In this document: piece after piece, positions 31,383 through 43,220 of the stretch | Layout of the letters: each line of letters starts with the position of its first letter | How positions within the stretch are numbered: the first letter of the stretch is position 1 | Origin: an uncultured Hormoscilla sp. | GTDB taxonomy: Bacteria > Cyanobacteriota > Cyanobacteriia > Cyanobacteriales > Desertifilaceae | Direction: 5' to 3' | Assembly: GCA_963921275.4 (NCBI GenBank) | Contig: OZ001293.3 | Span: forward strand, 5,280,001-5,344,000 | DNA: 64,000 nt | Position numbers and translations under genes: made by a program | Notes under the pieces: model-generated | What the model was told of the DNA's origin: nothing | Database searches by the model: none | The model's input: only the letters and a program-made list of their open reading frames with translations

Positions 31383-32444
31383 CTACACAACCTGCTTAGC
31401 CTGAAACTGGCTTAACTCACTTGGCGAGACAGCACCATGCTCTGTGATAATAGCCGTAATCAAGGCAGCAGGGGTAACATCAAAGGCAGGATTATAAAAC
31501 TTTGTACCCGCTGGACAAAAGATACTATCCCCAATTTTGTAAATTTCCGCTGGGTCCCGTTCTTCAATGGGAATTTGGCTGCCATCGGCTAACTTAAAGT
31601 CAATGGTAGAAAGGGGCGCGGCGACGAAAAAGGGGATATTATGAGCTTTGGCTGCTAACGCGACACTGTAGGTGCCAATCTTATTAGCAGTATCCCCATT
31701 GGCCGCAATGCGATCGGCCCCCACGATCGCGGCATCAACTAAGCCTTGTTGCATACAATGAGCTGCCATGCTATCAGTAATGATTGTAATCGGAATTCCC
31801 TCTTGGGTACATTCCCAAGCTGTCAGTCGCGATTCTTGCAAGCGGGGACGGGTTTCATCAGCATAAAGTCTTTTTAACCGTCCCTGACTCCAGGCAGAAC
31901 GCACCACACTCAAAGATGTGCCATAACCAGCAGTTGCCAAGGCACCAGCATTGCAGTGAGTGAGAATATTTAGCTGAGTGGGTTCGGGGGGTAATACCTT
32001 CAGACCTTGCTTGCCAATGTCTTGACAAGTTTGCAAGTCTTCGGCATTAATTTGCTTGGCAGTATTCAGCAGAGTCTCTTTAATTTCCTCAACGGAACCA
32101 AGGGTTTCATAGGCGGTCCTCAACATGCGGGAAATTGCCCAAAATAGATTTACCGCCGTCGGACGAGTTTCCCGCAACTCTTGGGACACTGCTTCCAACT
32201 GACTCAAGAATTCGTCGCGATCGCTCGTTTTAATTTCCCTGGCACCCAGATACATGCCATAGGCAGCAGCGATGCCAATTGCTGGTGCCCCTCGGACGAT
32301 CATTGTTTTAATCGCCTCTGCCATATCCTCGTAGCGACTAATGGCCACCACTACATAATCAGTGGGCAAGCGATTTTGGTCAATGAGTAAAACATGGTCT
32401 TGGTCCCAAATAACGGGATAAATCTGGGTGGAAGTCGATGTCAT
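31383..32444 (-). CDS. mtnA: S-methyl-5-thioribose-1-phosphate isomerase
   Basis: [47 protein letters not shown] and NPAFDVTP motifs. Confidence 0.93.
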   Translation of the reverse strand: MTSTSTQIYPVIWDQDHVLLIDQNRLPTDYVVVAISRYEDMAEAIKTMIVRGAPAIGIAAAYGMYLGAREIKTSDRDEFLSQLEAVSQELRETRPTAVNLFWAISRMLRTAYETLGSVEEIKETLLNTAKQINAEDLQTCQDIGKQGLKVLPPEPTQLNILTHCNAGALATAGYGTSLSVVRSAWSQGRLKRLYADETRPRLQESRLTAWECTQEGIPITIITDSMAAHCMQQGLVDAAIVGADRIAANGDTANKIGTYSVALAAKAHNIPFFVAAPLSTIDFKLADGSQIPIEERDPAEIYKIGDSIFCPAGTKFYNPAFDVTPAALITAIITEHGAVSPSELSQFQAKQVV

Positions 32445-33192
32445 GGTAAATACCTCAAAGTAGGTTCGTAGTAAGGACTTTAGGGTAGTGATAAACATGT
32501 AGCGATTTGATTACGGGGAGTCCCAATGGCTCAAGGTATGCTGCGTTTTCCATGCATTCAGGGGAATGCTTGACAGCCCGTTGTTTGACTTGTATTTGAG
32601 TGCAAAACCTACAAGTATTGCGGTCAGGCTTGGGTTTTAGGCGTTAAAATCACTACCTGCGTCCGCGTAGCGTGCGCGCAGCGCATTCCACTACCCACTT
32701 TCCTTTGTCATTGTTAACGCCACTTGAATCTTAACCGAGAAGTATTGGGACCGACGCTTATTGAACTGTGGTACGCTATCGGTAGAGTAAGGTGGGCAAC
32801 ACCAACTTAAGGGAGATGAACGTTGGCTTGTTGCTGGTGGAGTCGCGTGTTCTTGCCACCAGTGTTATGCAGCAGTGATTTACCGGTGTCATGACAAAGA
32901 TTGTAATCTACTCAGCGGTTCCGAGATTAGCGGTAGTTCTGGAAAGCAGCTATTGTGCCTCGTTAGAGCAAAAAACAATACTCAAAAAAGCTTATAAGCC
33001 TTAGCCCAAAAGGGTTTTATATCTGAAGCAGCCCAGCAGCAGCACCTGTTGGTCGAAAAAAAACAGCTGCTATGGAAGAAAAGTTGGTCAGAAACACCCC
33101 TCCCAGAGCGTCTTAGATAGAAGTGATATTGCTGCCGACGTGCATTGGCCACTGTATTTAAGGGTGCTTGTCAAAGAAGGATTGAGAAGGAA

Positions 33193-33949
33193 GTGCGATT
33201 CGTTTAGTGTAAACCACCGGTGAAAAGCAGGTGGGGGACCACTAGCTAGATTTCATTAGCCTAGATAACTTACAGATGATGGTGGTGAAAGTCCACCTCT
33301 CCAGGTGCAGGAGTAACAGCGTATTCCCTACGGTAGAGATGGCATCAATCCGTAAAGCGGGAATAAAAGGCGTACTGACTGGTAGCCTAAACCGGTTATC
33401 GTCGATTTTTCGCGCAGCCTGCAAGTAGTCATGATGAGCGTAAGCAAAGATTTTCAACGTCGTCACAAGGAACCAGTGAAATAAGGCTGAGACACTGGCC
33501 CAAAAAGGGAAAGGATATAGGGGAGATAGTGCTGTATCGACACGCGAGTGTAGATATAGTGAGGCATATAAAGGTGAAAGGAACAGCTAGCCCATATGAC
33601 GGGAACCTCACATATTGGAGTACGAGACTAGGCAGGAACCCAGAATTGAGTAAACGAGTAGTAAAGCTGCTCAAGAGGCAAAAGGGGAAATGTCTACAAT
33701 GCGGACTAACATTCAAGGATAGTGACAGTTGGGAAGTGGACCACATAAGGCCACTTTCATTAGGTGGTAAGGACCAGTGGGACAACCTACAACTGTTACA
33801 CAAACACTGCCACGACAAAAAGACTGCTAGCGATGGTAGTAGCCGTACCCATGACAAGGGTGGCATTACTGAGGAGCCGGATGAGGTGAAAAGCAGACCG
33901 TCCGGTTTTGAAGACAAGTCGGGGAGGTGACTCTCTGGCTTAGTTTAAT
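33193..33949 (+). mobile_element. Internally deleted group II intron (5' part of domain I fused to the IEP C-terminus, DV and DVI)
   Basis: Starts GTGCGATTCG. At about 33532 it jumps into RHIKVKG..SPYDG..YW..R...C..C....EVDHI.P...GG.D..DNLQLLHKHCH (HNH). Domain V is GAGCCGGATGAGGTGAAA..GTCCGGTT, and it ends TTAGTTTAAT. Confidence 0.88.
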
Positions 33950-33969
33950 TCTGACCAGGGTAATCCATT

Positions 33970-35241
33970 ATGTATGCCACAGCAACAGCAAGACGATATT
34001 TAAGGAACGGTGCGATGAGTGGCCACTCTGAGATAGTCTCAAAGTTTTGGCAGCAATGGCTGGAACATCAAGACTCTCTTTATCAGTGCTGTCTGAAGTT
34101 AATGAACTGGAACCACACAGAGGCGGAAGAGGCCCTACATGAGGCGATGGTCAAAGCCAGCGAAAAGGTGCGAGAGTACACCACCAACATAGCCAACCTC
34201 AAAGCCTGGCTGCACCAGATGACGAGGAACCACTGTATCGATATCATCCGCAAACGCTCTAAGAGCGCCACCGGAGTAGAAAGCATAGAATGGGTGGGGG
34301 ATGAAGAGGATATAGGCACGGTGACACCGGTGAAAACCCCAGAGCAAGCCCTAGAGACAGACGAGAAATATATCGAGATTAGAGGCGCGATCGCTTCCTT
34401 GCCCGAACGGCTGCGATCGACGTTTATACTGCACTTTTATGAAGAACTTAAGCATCCCGAAATAGCTGAAATACAAGGGATATCCTACGACAACGTCTGC
34501 AAGCGGATATCCTTGGCGCGGAAAATGCTCAAAGAGAAGTTAAGCGGCCATTTTATCGGGGAAGAGGGGAAAGTTGACAGGTTAGCGCTAGCAGGAACAG
34601 AGAAACCAACCCCCCAAAAGAAAAAGCGGTTGAAACCTCAGGTATCTGACCTATGTGAAGAAAAGACGACTACCGGTACTGAAGCTCCCAAGTGCGTCTG
34701 GGTAGTTGTATAAGAAAAACTGGTTTTAGGTGAGTACGAGTCAAAGGAAATAGAAGGGGAGAAAATCACTGAACTTGCTGTAGAGTCTGGCGGGCCAGTT
34801 CCTTTGCAGGCTACAACTTCAGGGTCAGCTAACTTGAAAAAGTCCCCGCAGAAAGCACTCGTTGAACCGAATGCGATCGAGACTGTGACATTATCTGAAA
34901 CGGTCGCCGAAGTAGGCCACGATCGAGAAATTGCTCGACCTTTTGAGTTGAGGGGAGCGTTTATCGGGTCCGATGAGAGTGAAGACGTTGCACAATTGAT
35001 AGATGAAGTAGACAAGGCAGACAAGGCAGACAAGAAAAAAGTCGTGCCTTCGGCTTATCATCCCATAAATGTGCAATCCCCACCGGAAAAATCATTGAGG
35101 CCAAAAAAGGCAGTATCTTTGTCAGCTAACTGGGAATTGTCCCAACAAAATGCGTTCTTTGAACTGAATGAGATCGAGGCTGTAACATTATCTATTTTGG
35201 GAGGCAAAAAATTTTATAGGCAGCAACTTGAGTTAAAATAA
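33970..35241 (+). pseudogene. ECF-type sigma-70 factor with a long C-terminal extension: in-frame TAA at 34711-34713, cut by IS982 ends
   Basis: AEEALHE...KAWLHQMTRNHCID (region 2) and LPERLRSTF.LHF...EIAE..GIS..NV.KRISLAR (region 4). The downstream ORF at 34804 is in the same frame. The 247-aa product could still work. Confidence 0.75.
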
Positions 35242-36252
35242 CTCAAGTTGCGACCTATAAAAATTGGATACAAAAAGCTATGATAAAGAGAATTATTTTC
35301 AACTCTAATCCCTTAGATGTAACAGCATGAATTGACTTGGGAAACAAATTGGTGATTCGACTAAAACAGGTTTCAACTTGTTTTCTTGTTACTTTTTGTA
35401 TATATTCAAAACAAGAATATTCTTTTCTTTTTGAGTTCTTTTTTCGCAAAGGTTTTAACATTATACTTGACGACTCTTTTAGTAAATCCTCTAATTGATA
35501 ATCATTATAAGCTTTATCTCCATAAACTATTGAATTTGATGGTAAGTCAAAGCCAAAAGATTGCAAAACTTTAACATCATTATAACTACCAGGATCTAGA
35601 TAAAATTCTATTGGCTTTCCATTTTTGTTTACCAACATATGAACTCTTAATCCATAAAAATAACGTTTTTTACTGGCAATATACCCTCGATATTCTTCCT
35701 TGTTATAAATTTGGCATCTATCAATCCTAATATTATCACATACTGGCACCGGGAAACTATCAAGAATATATTCTTGACCCGGATTGAGCTCTTTAAATGT
35801 TTGAGCTATAACTTGGAAGAAAAACATCCAAATTGGTTCCTCAATATTGTGTAATTGACGATTGAACCTACTTTTACTTAACAGATTTTTTATATACTTG
35901 TGTTCGACCATAAATTGACAAGAGCGATCGTGGTGTCCTCCGAAAAAATATGCAGCAACTAATCCGACTGTCATCACTTCGGCATTGTTCATTTTTACTT
36001 GTGGATCTTCTTTTATATTTAACGCTTTTAGTAGCTCGTCACAAAGAACAAAAATTGTTGTAATCATATCTTCCATCATCTACATCCCCCAGCAATTAAC
36101 TATTATTTTAGTACATTATAACCTATAAACAGCCAACCCGCCGTCTAGCACAAAAAAAATATAATTTTGTATCAAAAGCTACGAAATATCCCAAATATCT
36201 GTAAAGTCTAAGTGGGTAATTCATATTTTTTTTAATAGGTCGCAACTTAGGT
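35241..36252 (-). mobile_element. IS982-family element, copy 2
   Basis: Near-identical to 14461-15472, inverted, with the same IRs and no direct target duplication. Confidence 0.92.
35255..36079 (-). CDS. IS982-family transposase
   Basis: 274 aa, with a handful of substitutions relative to copy 1. Confidence 0.92.
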   Translation of the reverse strand: MMEDMITTIFVLCDELLKALNIKEDPQVKMNNAEVMTVGLVAAYFFGGHHDRSCQFMVEHKYIKNLLSKSRFNRQLHNIEEPIWMFFFQVIAQTFKELNPGQEYILDSFPVPVCDNIRIDRCQIYNKEEYRGYIASKKRYFYGLRVHMLVNKNGKPIEFYLDPGSYNDVKVLQSFGFDLPSNSIVYGDKAYNDYQLEDLLKESSSIMLKPLRKKNSKRKEYSCFEYIQKVTRKQVETCFSRITNLFPKSIHAVTSKGLELKIILFIIAFCIQFL

Positions 36253-36581
36253 TATTTTATATTTATCGAGCGAGCAAATATCGGATAGCCGGACCCCGAC
36301 AGTCCGTTCCTGGCTCATATCGACCAACTGCGAGCGTATCCCCTAATGCGGCTCGCCGTCGTCGCACCTTGCTGTTTTGCCGCCTGACACGCTCATTGCC
36401 TTGCCACGGAAAAAGAGTGGGAAGTATTGCTCAAAGTATGTCAGAAAACCCAAGAGGAAACGTCTACTTGACTGATGCCCTAGCCCATATCCACTAAATG
36501 CTATATAAAGGTTGATATCCATTTCCTTGCTATATAAAAGTTGATATCCATTTCCTTTGACCCGATATAATTCGAAAAAAC

Positions 36582-37361
36582 ATGATGCCAAGTTATACTC
36601 TCAGGAATCTAAGGACAGCTGTGAGGATCGCTTTACAACTAACAGGACTGCTGCTGTTTTGCCTAGCCCTAGTGTTCTGGTCACTGCCAGCACAAGCAGC
36701 CAGCAGCATTAGTCCGCAATTATTGGAAGAACAAATTTTGCAGGTTATCCGCGCACACCCAGATGTGATTGTCGAGTCTGTAGATGCTTACCAGCAAGAA
36801 CTTCAAAGGCAACGGCAACAGGCACGGGAGGCATTTTTGCAGGAGATAAAAACCAATCCCCAAGCGATAATTGGCGAATCTCCTACTACCGGAGCAACTG
36901 ATGCTAAAGTTGTGTTTGTAGAGTTTTCAGATTTTCAATGTCCTTTTTGCGGTCGGGCTTATCAAACTGTTAAAGAGTTTATGGCCAAGCATGCCGATGA
37001 AGTTACCTTGGTTTACAAGCATTTTCCTTTGGTGACGATTCATCCACAAGCCCTTCCGGCTGCTAAAGCTGCTTGGGCGGCTACTCAGCAAGGTAAGTTC
37101 TGGGAGTATCAGGACGCCCTGTTTACGCAACAAGATAAATTGGGTGAGGACTTTTATTTAGAAATTGCCCAAAGTTTGCATCTGGATTTAGAACAGTTTA
37201 ATCGCGATCGGGCTTTGGCGGATAGTGCCATTCAGCAGGACATACAGGTGGGGGAAAAAGCGGGTGTTTCCGGCACGCCTTCCTTCGTGATGAATGGGAA
37301 AGCTTTCTCTGGTGCAGTTCAGCTAGAGGAGATGGAGAAGATATTCGCGCAGGTGCGTTAA
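36582..37361 (+). CDS. DsbA-family thioredoxin-fold protein
   Basis: EFSDFQCPFC, YKHFPL..IHP.A and GVSGTP motifs, with an N-terminal signal or TM segment. Confidence 0.92.
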   Translation: MMPSYTLRNLRTAVRIALQLTGLLLFCLALVFWSLPAQAASSISPQLLEEQILQVIRAHPDVIVESVDAYQQELQRQRQQAREAFLQEIKTNPQAIIGESPTTGATDAKVVFVEFSDFQCPFCGRAYQTVKEFMAKHADEVTLVYKHFPLVTIHPQALPAAKAAWAATQQGKFWEYQDALFTQQDKLGEDFYLEIAQSLHLDLEQFNRDRALADSAIQQDIQVGEKAGVSGTPSFVMNGKAFSGAVQLEEMEKIFAQVR

Positions 37362-37506
37362 AGGTAAATTTAGCGGTTAGGTTGTAGGGGCGATCGCACT
37401 GCGATACCAATTATCTTATCGCCCGATCGTGGCTAAGGTGGGCGATGCCCACCCTACCATTTTAGTAAAATGCAAGTAGTATCTGATCGCATGCCTGTTT
37501 ACGCCT

Positions 37507-37866
37507 ATGGCGCGACGCTCGACCTGCCCGATCGCCTGTACCCTGGATTTAATAGGCGATCGCTGGACGTTGCTGATCGTTAGGGATATGATGTTTTTCG
37601 GCAAGCAGCGGTTTGAGGAGTTCTTAGAATCTCGCGAAAGAATTTCAACGAATATCCTGACCAGTCGTCTGAAGTTACTAACAGAATTGGGCTTAGTAGA
37701 AAAGCAGCCATACAGCAATCATTCCCGTCGGATGAACTACTTCCTCACAGAAAAAGGAGAAAGCCTCCGCCCGGTAATGAAGGTAATGATTGCCTGGGGA
37801 TTGAAACATATTCCTGATACAATAGAGATCGGCGTAACGATAGGGAATTTCTGCATATCCCGTTAA
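37507..37866 (+). CDS. HxlR-family winged-helix regulator (3' end fused to antisense xisI remnant)
   Basis: CPIACTLDLIGDRWTLLIVRD...ISTNILTSRLK.L...Y.LTEKG. Confidence 0.88.
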   Translation: MARRSTCPIACTLDLIGDRWTLLIVRDMMFFGKQRFEEFLESRERISTNILTSRLKLLTELGLVEKQPYSNHSRRMNYFLTEKGESLRPVMKVMIAWGLKHIPDTIEIGVTIGNFCISR

Positions 37867-37908
37867 TACGCTTTCTATCGTTTGGCGATATTTTGCTAGT
37901 TTATCCAT
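37824..37908 (-). pseudogene. xisI: XisI N-terminal fragment
   Basis: MDKLAKYRQTIESVLTGYA overlaps the xisH stop and is then truncated. Confidence 0.7.
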
Positions 37909-38308
37909 TGGACAATTTCCTGACCGGGGTCAAAGATAAGCAAACGAAGCTGGAATTTTCTAATCATAAGTGTTCCGATAGCTTCCGAAAATATCTGCTC
38001 ATAGATAGCTTTACGAATAGCTAAGTATAACTCATCTTCACTTTTTGACTCTTCTAAAATAGTTCTATAAAGAAGATACTGGCCCCGACATTGCTGTAAG
38101 TCATAAATTTGAGAAGGGCCTCGAAAAGTTTTAATTTCAACTACGATTTGTCGTTCGCCATTCTGGGCAACAATTATTTTTTTAGCGCCGAGATCGACGA
38201 ATAACTCCCTCAATCCCCATTTTAATTTGAAAGGATCGTCGGTAATGGTCCAGCTATCCTTGGTTAGGGCGGTTTGACCGTTTCGTGGTAGATGTCTTTG
38301 GCAGGCAT
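37896..38308 (-). pseudogene. xisH: XisH-family protein, frameshifted near the N-terminus
   Basis: MPAKDIYHETVK / ALTKDSWTITDDP...VDLGA...IVVEIKTF...GQY..YR....LYLAI...IVQWI. Confidence 0.85.
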
Positions 38309-38543
38309 TGCGGGGATTTTAATCTATTATAATTTAAGATGATAGATTTGACTATGCACTTCTACGCTAATTGGAGGCAGGAGCCTCCGATCGCGCAGCG
38401 TGGCGCAGCCATAGGCCGTTCCTAGGTTCTACCTGGGAACGAGAGGAATTGCCTAAAAGCCCGCGCAGGCGGGCTAAGTTCAAGTAGCTGCACCCTAAAG
38501 GGTGCGAATGTGCGAATGTGCGATCGGGGGTGCGAAAATCGGG

Positions 38544-40454
38544 CTAGCTGCTAACAGCAGCCAGTTGCTTACTAAAGAAAGCCGTCCGGACAGTTTCGGC
38601 AATTTGAGAGGGAGTTAAACCCAAGTCAGCTTTTGATTCATCGGGTTTGGCATGATCGACTAAGATATCAGGTACCCCCAGGCGCTTGATGGGAACAACT
38701 ACATCGAGATCGAGCAACATTTCGGCTACGCCAGAACCAAAACCACCCATGACACCGCCTTCTTCTAAAGTAACAACTCGTCCGATCTGCTGGGCTAAAG
38801 GTACAATCAATTCCGCATCCAGAGGTTTAGCAAAGCGGGCATTAATTACAGTTGCTTGGATGTTATGTTCGCTGAGAATTTCCGCCACTTGTAGGGCCGG
38901 GTGAACCATTGAACCATAAGCAACCAGCAAGACATCGTCACCATTACGAAGAATTTCGCCCTTACCAATAGGTAAGGGTTCCCAACCTTCCTCCATCAAG
39001 GGGACGCCGTACCCATTACCGCGAGGATAGCGCATAGCAATGGGACCATCGGTGTAGTTGATGCCAGTCACCACCATCCGTTGCAGTTCCCCTTCATCCT
39101 TGGGTGCCATCAGCACCATGTTGGGCAGACAGCGCAGATAAGCGATATCATACATTCCTTGATGGGTGGGACCGTCGGCACCGACAATTCCCGCCCGATC
39201 GAGGCAGAAAAAGACAGGCAGCTTTTGAATGCAGATATCGTGAACGATCTGGTCGTAAGCCCGTTGCAGGAAAGTAGAGTAAATAGCAGCAACCGAGCGC
39301 ATCCCTTCACAGGCTAACCCAGCAGCGAGGGTAACTGCATGCTGTTCGGCAATACCCACATCAATATATTGCTTGGGCAGTTTTTCATGCAGTTTGGTTA
39401 AACCAGTTCCCGTTGCCATTGCTGCGGTAATCCCGATAATCTGGGGATTATTCTCCGCCAATGTGGTCAGGGTATGGGCAAAGACCTTCGAGTAAGAGGG
39501 GGGTTTGGGTTTGTTAGAGGGAATGGCCTTGCCAGTGGCCAGGTTAAAGGGACTTTGAGCATGGTAACCGACTTGGTCCTTCTCGGCGATCGCATAGCCC
39601 TTGCCCTTAGTGGTAGACACGTGAACCAGAACTGGTCCGGGAATTTTATGGGCATGTTGGAAGGTAGCGATCAAATCTTCCAGGTCGTGACCATCTACCG
39701 GTCCCATATAGGTAAAGCCCAATTCTTCAATCACTGCCCCTACCTTGGGCACCGCCAAGCGTTTCATCCCTTCCTTGACCCGTTCCATTTCTGGGGTAAA
39801 CCGTTCGCCGACAAAGGGCAGGTGTTTGAACTGTTCTTCCAGGTTATCCTTAAGGAACTGCACCGGATCGGACAGGCGCATTTTATTCAGGTAGCGGGAT
39901 ATGGCCCCGACATTGGGCGAGATGGACATTTCATTGTCGTTGAGCACCACCAGCAGGTTAGTATGGGGCAAATGTCCGGCATGGTTAATGGCTTCCAAGG
40001 CCATGCCCCCCGTAAGGGCCCCATCCCCAATGATGGCCACCACCTTGAAGTTGTCGCCTTTCAGGTCCCGAGCGATCGCCATTCCCAGGGCAGCGGATAT
40101 ACTAGTAGAAGCATGACCTGCGCCAAAATGGTCGAACTTGCTTTCGCAGCGCTTGAGATAGCCAGCGATCCCGTCTTTTTGTCGTAAAGTCTGGAAGCGG
40201 TTGTACCGTCCTGTTACCATCTTATGGGGATAAGCTTGGTGACCCACATCCCAAATCACCTTGTCGCGATCGAGGTCCAGGGTTTGGTAAAGGGCCAGGG
40301 TAAGTTCCACCACTCCCAACCCCGGACCGAGATGACCGCCACTGGTTGCCACGGTTTGCAGATGCTTTTCCCGAATTTGGCGGGCAATTTGCTCCAGTTG
40401 ATGAATTGACAGACCGTGCAATTGGTTGGGATGGGTCAGTTCGCTCAAATGCAT
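38544..40454 (-). CDS. dxs: 1-deoxy-D-xylulose-5-phosphate synthase
   Basis: [39 protein letters not shown] and DGPTHQG motifs. Confidence 0.98.
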   Translation of the reverse strand: MHLSELTHPNQLHGLSIHQLEQIARQIREKHLQTVATSGGHLGPGLGVVELTLALYQTLDLDRDKVIWDVGHQAYPHKMVTGRYNRFQTLRQKDGIAGYLKRCESKFDHFGAGHASTSISAALGMAIARDLKGDNFKVVAIIGDGALTGGMALEAINHAGHLPHTNLLVVLNDNEMSISPNVGAISRYLNKMRLSDPVQFLKDNLEEQFKHLPFVGERFTPEMERVKEGMKRLAVPKVGAVIEELGFTYMGPVDGHDLEDLIATFQHAHKIPGPVLVHVSTTKGKGYAIAEKDQVGYHAQSPFNLATGKAIPSNKPKPPSYSKVFAHTLTTLAENNPQIIGITAAMATGTGLTKLHEKLPKQYIDVGIAEQHAVTLAAGLACEGMRSVAAIYSTFLQRAYDQIVHDICIQKLPVFFCLDRAGIVGADGPTHQGMYDIAYLRCLPNMVLMAPKDEGELQRMVVTGINYTDGPIAMRYPRGNGYGVPLMEEGWEPLPIGKGEILRNGDDVLLVAYGSMVHPALQVAEILSEHNIQATVINARFAKPLDAELIVPLAQQIGRVVTLEEGGVMGGFGSGVAEMLLDLDVVVPIKRLGVPDILVDHAKPDESKADLGLTPSQIAETVRTAFFSKQLAAVSS

Positions 40455-40601
40455 AGATAGATACCTTGCGCTCGTCTAAGAATATTTTTCTTACCTTATT
40501 AACTGTAAGTTATAATATGTACCTGGAAATCACTGTCCAAATTAAAAAAATCTTACAAAATCTTCTCACCGACCTTGGAAGTTGTCAGGAGTAATTTAGC
40601 T

Positions 40602-41177
40602 ATGAATTTTCGCCCCGCGATGGCGATCGCCCTTTCGACGATTGCCAGTTTGATTGCCATCACCCTACCAGTGCCGCCAGCTGCCGCCATCACCCGAGAT
40701 TATCGGTACTGCGCCTATCATTTGCAAAAACTAGGCATTTTTGCTCAAGAGACAGCAGACGCCTGTTCGGCCACACTCAAACCAAGAGACTTAACCAAAT
40801 GCGTCATCAATATTGCAAGGAATACAGAGATCGCTGCAAATGATGCCCTGATAACTTGCCGTCTGACGCGCCGTCCCATGGAATTAGGCACCTGTGTAGT
40901 TGATATTAGCATGAATACAGAAGCCGTATTGGCGCAAAATATTCTTGATAATTGTCGCCGATCGCTGTTACCTCTAAAATATTCTGAATGTGTGGTAGGT
41001 GTAAGTCTCCAGACAGACCTCCCCAGTAACCAAGTGATGAATAATTGTCTTGATGGGCGCGATCGACCCCGTGATTTCTATCCCCTGTTGAGCACGCCAC
41101 AGCCGGTAGCGCCACCGCGTCGCACCCCAGGGGCACCTCCTCCCTTACCTCCAGTTCCAGGCATTCCTCAACCTTAA
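40602..41177 (+). CDS. Cys-rich secreted hypothetical protein
   Basis: Signal-peptide-like N-terminus, repeated C...P..L..CV units and a Pro-rich tail. Confidence 0.75.
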   Translation: MNFRPAMAIALSTIASLIAITLPVPPAAAITRDYRYCAYHLQKLGIFAQETADACSATLKPRDLTKCVINIARNTEIAANDALITCRLTRRPMELGTCVVDISMNTEAVLAQNILDNCRRSLLPLKYSECVVGVSLQTDLPSNQVMNNCLDGRDRPRDFYPLLSTPQPVAPPRRTPGAPPPLPPVPGIPQP

Positions 41178-41452
41178 AGTAAAAGCTAGAAACCGGGTTA
41201 AAAGCGCAGCTAGAAAAGAGAGATATCTATACCCAGACTAGAGAAACCCTGTTTCTGGTATCGATGTTTGAGAACGTCAGTCAAGTAAAAGAGAGAACTG
41301 GATATAAGAGTGTAGCTATTAACGAGTATATTAGCTCAGAACAGAGAAAGCCGGTTTCTTGAAAAACTAGCATACTATAGCAAGATACGACCAAATTTAA
41401 TAAAGTTATCACTGCCGAGATCGTATTGCAGTAATAAGAGTAAAGAGAATCG

Positions 41453-41614
41453 ATGAACTTTGACACTATCCAAGAACTAACTGAAACTTTTGAAGACCAT
41501 GCCCAACAGACTGAAAACGGGGTTGAGTATTGGCTAGCTCGCGACCTCCAGTACCTTTTGGGTTATACGGAGTGGCGTAATTTTACTGCCGTGGTTACGA
41601 AAGCAAAAACTGCT
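41453..41614 (+). pseudogene. DinD/BRO-N-like N-terminal fragment
   Basis: FEDHAQQTENGVEYWLARDLQYLLGYTEWRNF..V..KAK.A, then abruptly replaced by duplicated TPR DNA. Confidence 0.75.
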
Positions 41615-41866
41615 GATAAGCAATAATTCCCAGCATCTGCATAGCCTCTGCCTGGTGAGACTGCTGTTCTAGCATCGCCAAATAAACAGCCCTCGCTTTA
41701 TCCAGACGTCCGGCTTGGTAGTGACTCAAAGCCTCTCTTAACCAATCATTATCTGCTTGCTGTACCATTTCACCTCCTAATCATAACAGACAAACCAACG
41801 TTAATTATAGCTTCAATTTCCAACTGTTGAATTTCCGATTTCCGGGATCTTTTATTTTAACAGACC
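41614..41866 (-). repeat. About 250-bp diverged duplicate of the TPR gene 5' end and leader (43068-43318)
   Basis: GATAAGCAATAATTCCCAGCATCTGC...TTTTATTTTAACAGACC is shared by both loci. Confidence 0.9.
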
Positions 41867-41875
41867 TGCGGCTGG

Positions 41876-41917
41876 AAAAATCATTCCAGGAACAACAACT
41901 TCCTGGAATGATTTTTT
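41876..41917. terminator. Strong inverted repeat with A/T tails
   Basis: AAAAATCATTCCAGGAA-CAACAAC-TTCCTGGAATGATTTTT. Confidence 0.45.
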
Positions 41918-42090
41918 TCTAATTCTACATCTATGCTGCACCACCACAACAGGCCCAAGGCCAAAAAGTGAGAAACTGCCAGTCCGATAGAGTTAACCCC
42001 TTTTCTTCCTATTCTCAACCCCGATCGCGTAGCGTGCGCGCAGCGCATTCGATGGAAATTACCTGAATTTTTGGTTGTTGCTCTAACAAC

Positions 42091-43220
42091 TCACCCGCGG
42101 AGGCGCGATCCGGGAGGCGCGCTCTTCGCTGTTAATGCTGCCTTAACCTGGGCAAACACACTCGACCAGTCTCCCGGTTTTGCTTGGCGAAATAGCCGCA
42201 TTGTCGGATACCAAGGGCTATCCGATCGATCGAGCAACCAGCGTTCTTCCGGGGTCTGTGCCCGGAAAAACTCTACTTTTAGGCGCCGGTGCCATTCATA
42301 TTCTACAAATCCTTGTCGAAAATTCTGCAATAATAACAAGCACTCTCCCAGACTTAAGTGGCCCCTTGCTGTATCTGGCTTTAAGGCAATAGCATAGCGG
42401 TAATAGCCCATCGCCTTTTGTAATTTCAGTTGTTCTTGCAAGGCAAGACCCAGGTTGTTGTAGGCTGAGGCAAAGTCTGGTTTCAGGGCGATCGCCTTTT
42501 GGTGGCATGCGATCGCCTCTGCTAAGTTCCCCCATCCTTGATAGCAGTTACCCAACTGATTATAAAATTCTGCCTGTTCTGGTTTAATGGCAATGGCTTT
42601 TTTATAATAAGCAATCGCCTCTTTTCTGCGGTCATACTCTTCCATAATTCTAGCCAATTTATAGTCAACTTCCGCACAGTTGACGTTAATGCTAATGACC
42701 TTTTCGTAGCAAACGATCGCCTGTTGGTAATGAGCGCATTCGCCTCTCGATAACGCTTTTTCTCCTTCAGCATCGCCGCCAATTTTTCATGAGCCGCTCC
42801 ACTCCGGATCAGCGGTACCACTTGCTGGTGCGTCTCGCGCAGCTCTAATCTTTTTCCCTGCCTGGGAAGGGCCAAAACCAGGTTATCATAAGCATCGAAA
42901 CAATCAGGCTTCACTGCGATCGCCTGTTTGTAGGCAGCAATCGCCTGTTCTCTTTTTCCCTGTTGCCAGAAGCTAGACCCCAGATTATTATAAGCCTCAT
43001 GGTAATCTGACTTTATGGATATCACCTGTTGGAAATAGCCGATCGCCCGATCGTATTCTCTCGTCCGATAAGCAATAATTCCCAGCATCTGCATAGCCTA
43101 TACCTGGTGAGGCTGCTGTTCTAGCATCGCCAAATAAACAGCCCTCGCTTCATTCAGACGTCCGGCTTTGTAGTGACCCAAAGCCTCTCTTAACCAATCA
43201 TTATCCGCTTGCTGTACCAT
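42091..43220 (-). pseudogene. TPR protein with a glycosyltransferase-type C-terminal tail, frameshifted and internally deleted
   Basis: Multiple AYNNLG TPRs. GF.EYEW is joined almost directly to RWLLDRSDSPWYPTMRLFRQ...GDW. Confidence 0.8.

Noticed and set aside
32800..33190. Possible left end of a DUF6399-type IS (CCAACTTAAG) upstream of intron 4
   Set aside because: Only a short end-like match, with no convincing transposase translation.
33529..33930. Stand-alone HNH endonuclease gene
   Set aside because: It is the C-terminal remnant of a group II intron-encoded protein, reading into domain V.
39474..40187. Long antisense ORFs over dxs (also over smc, pxcA, glmM and the AKR gene)
   Set aside because: Shadow ORFs of well-supported genes, with no motifs of their own.
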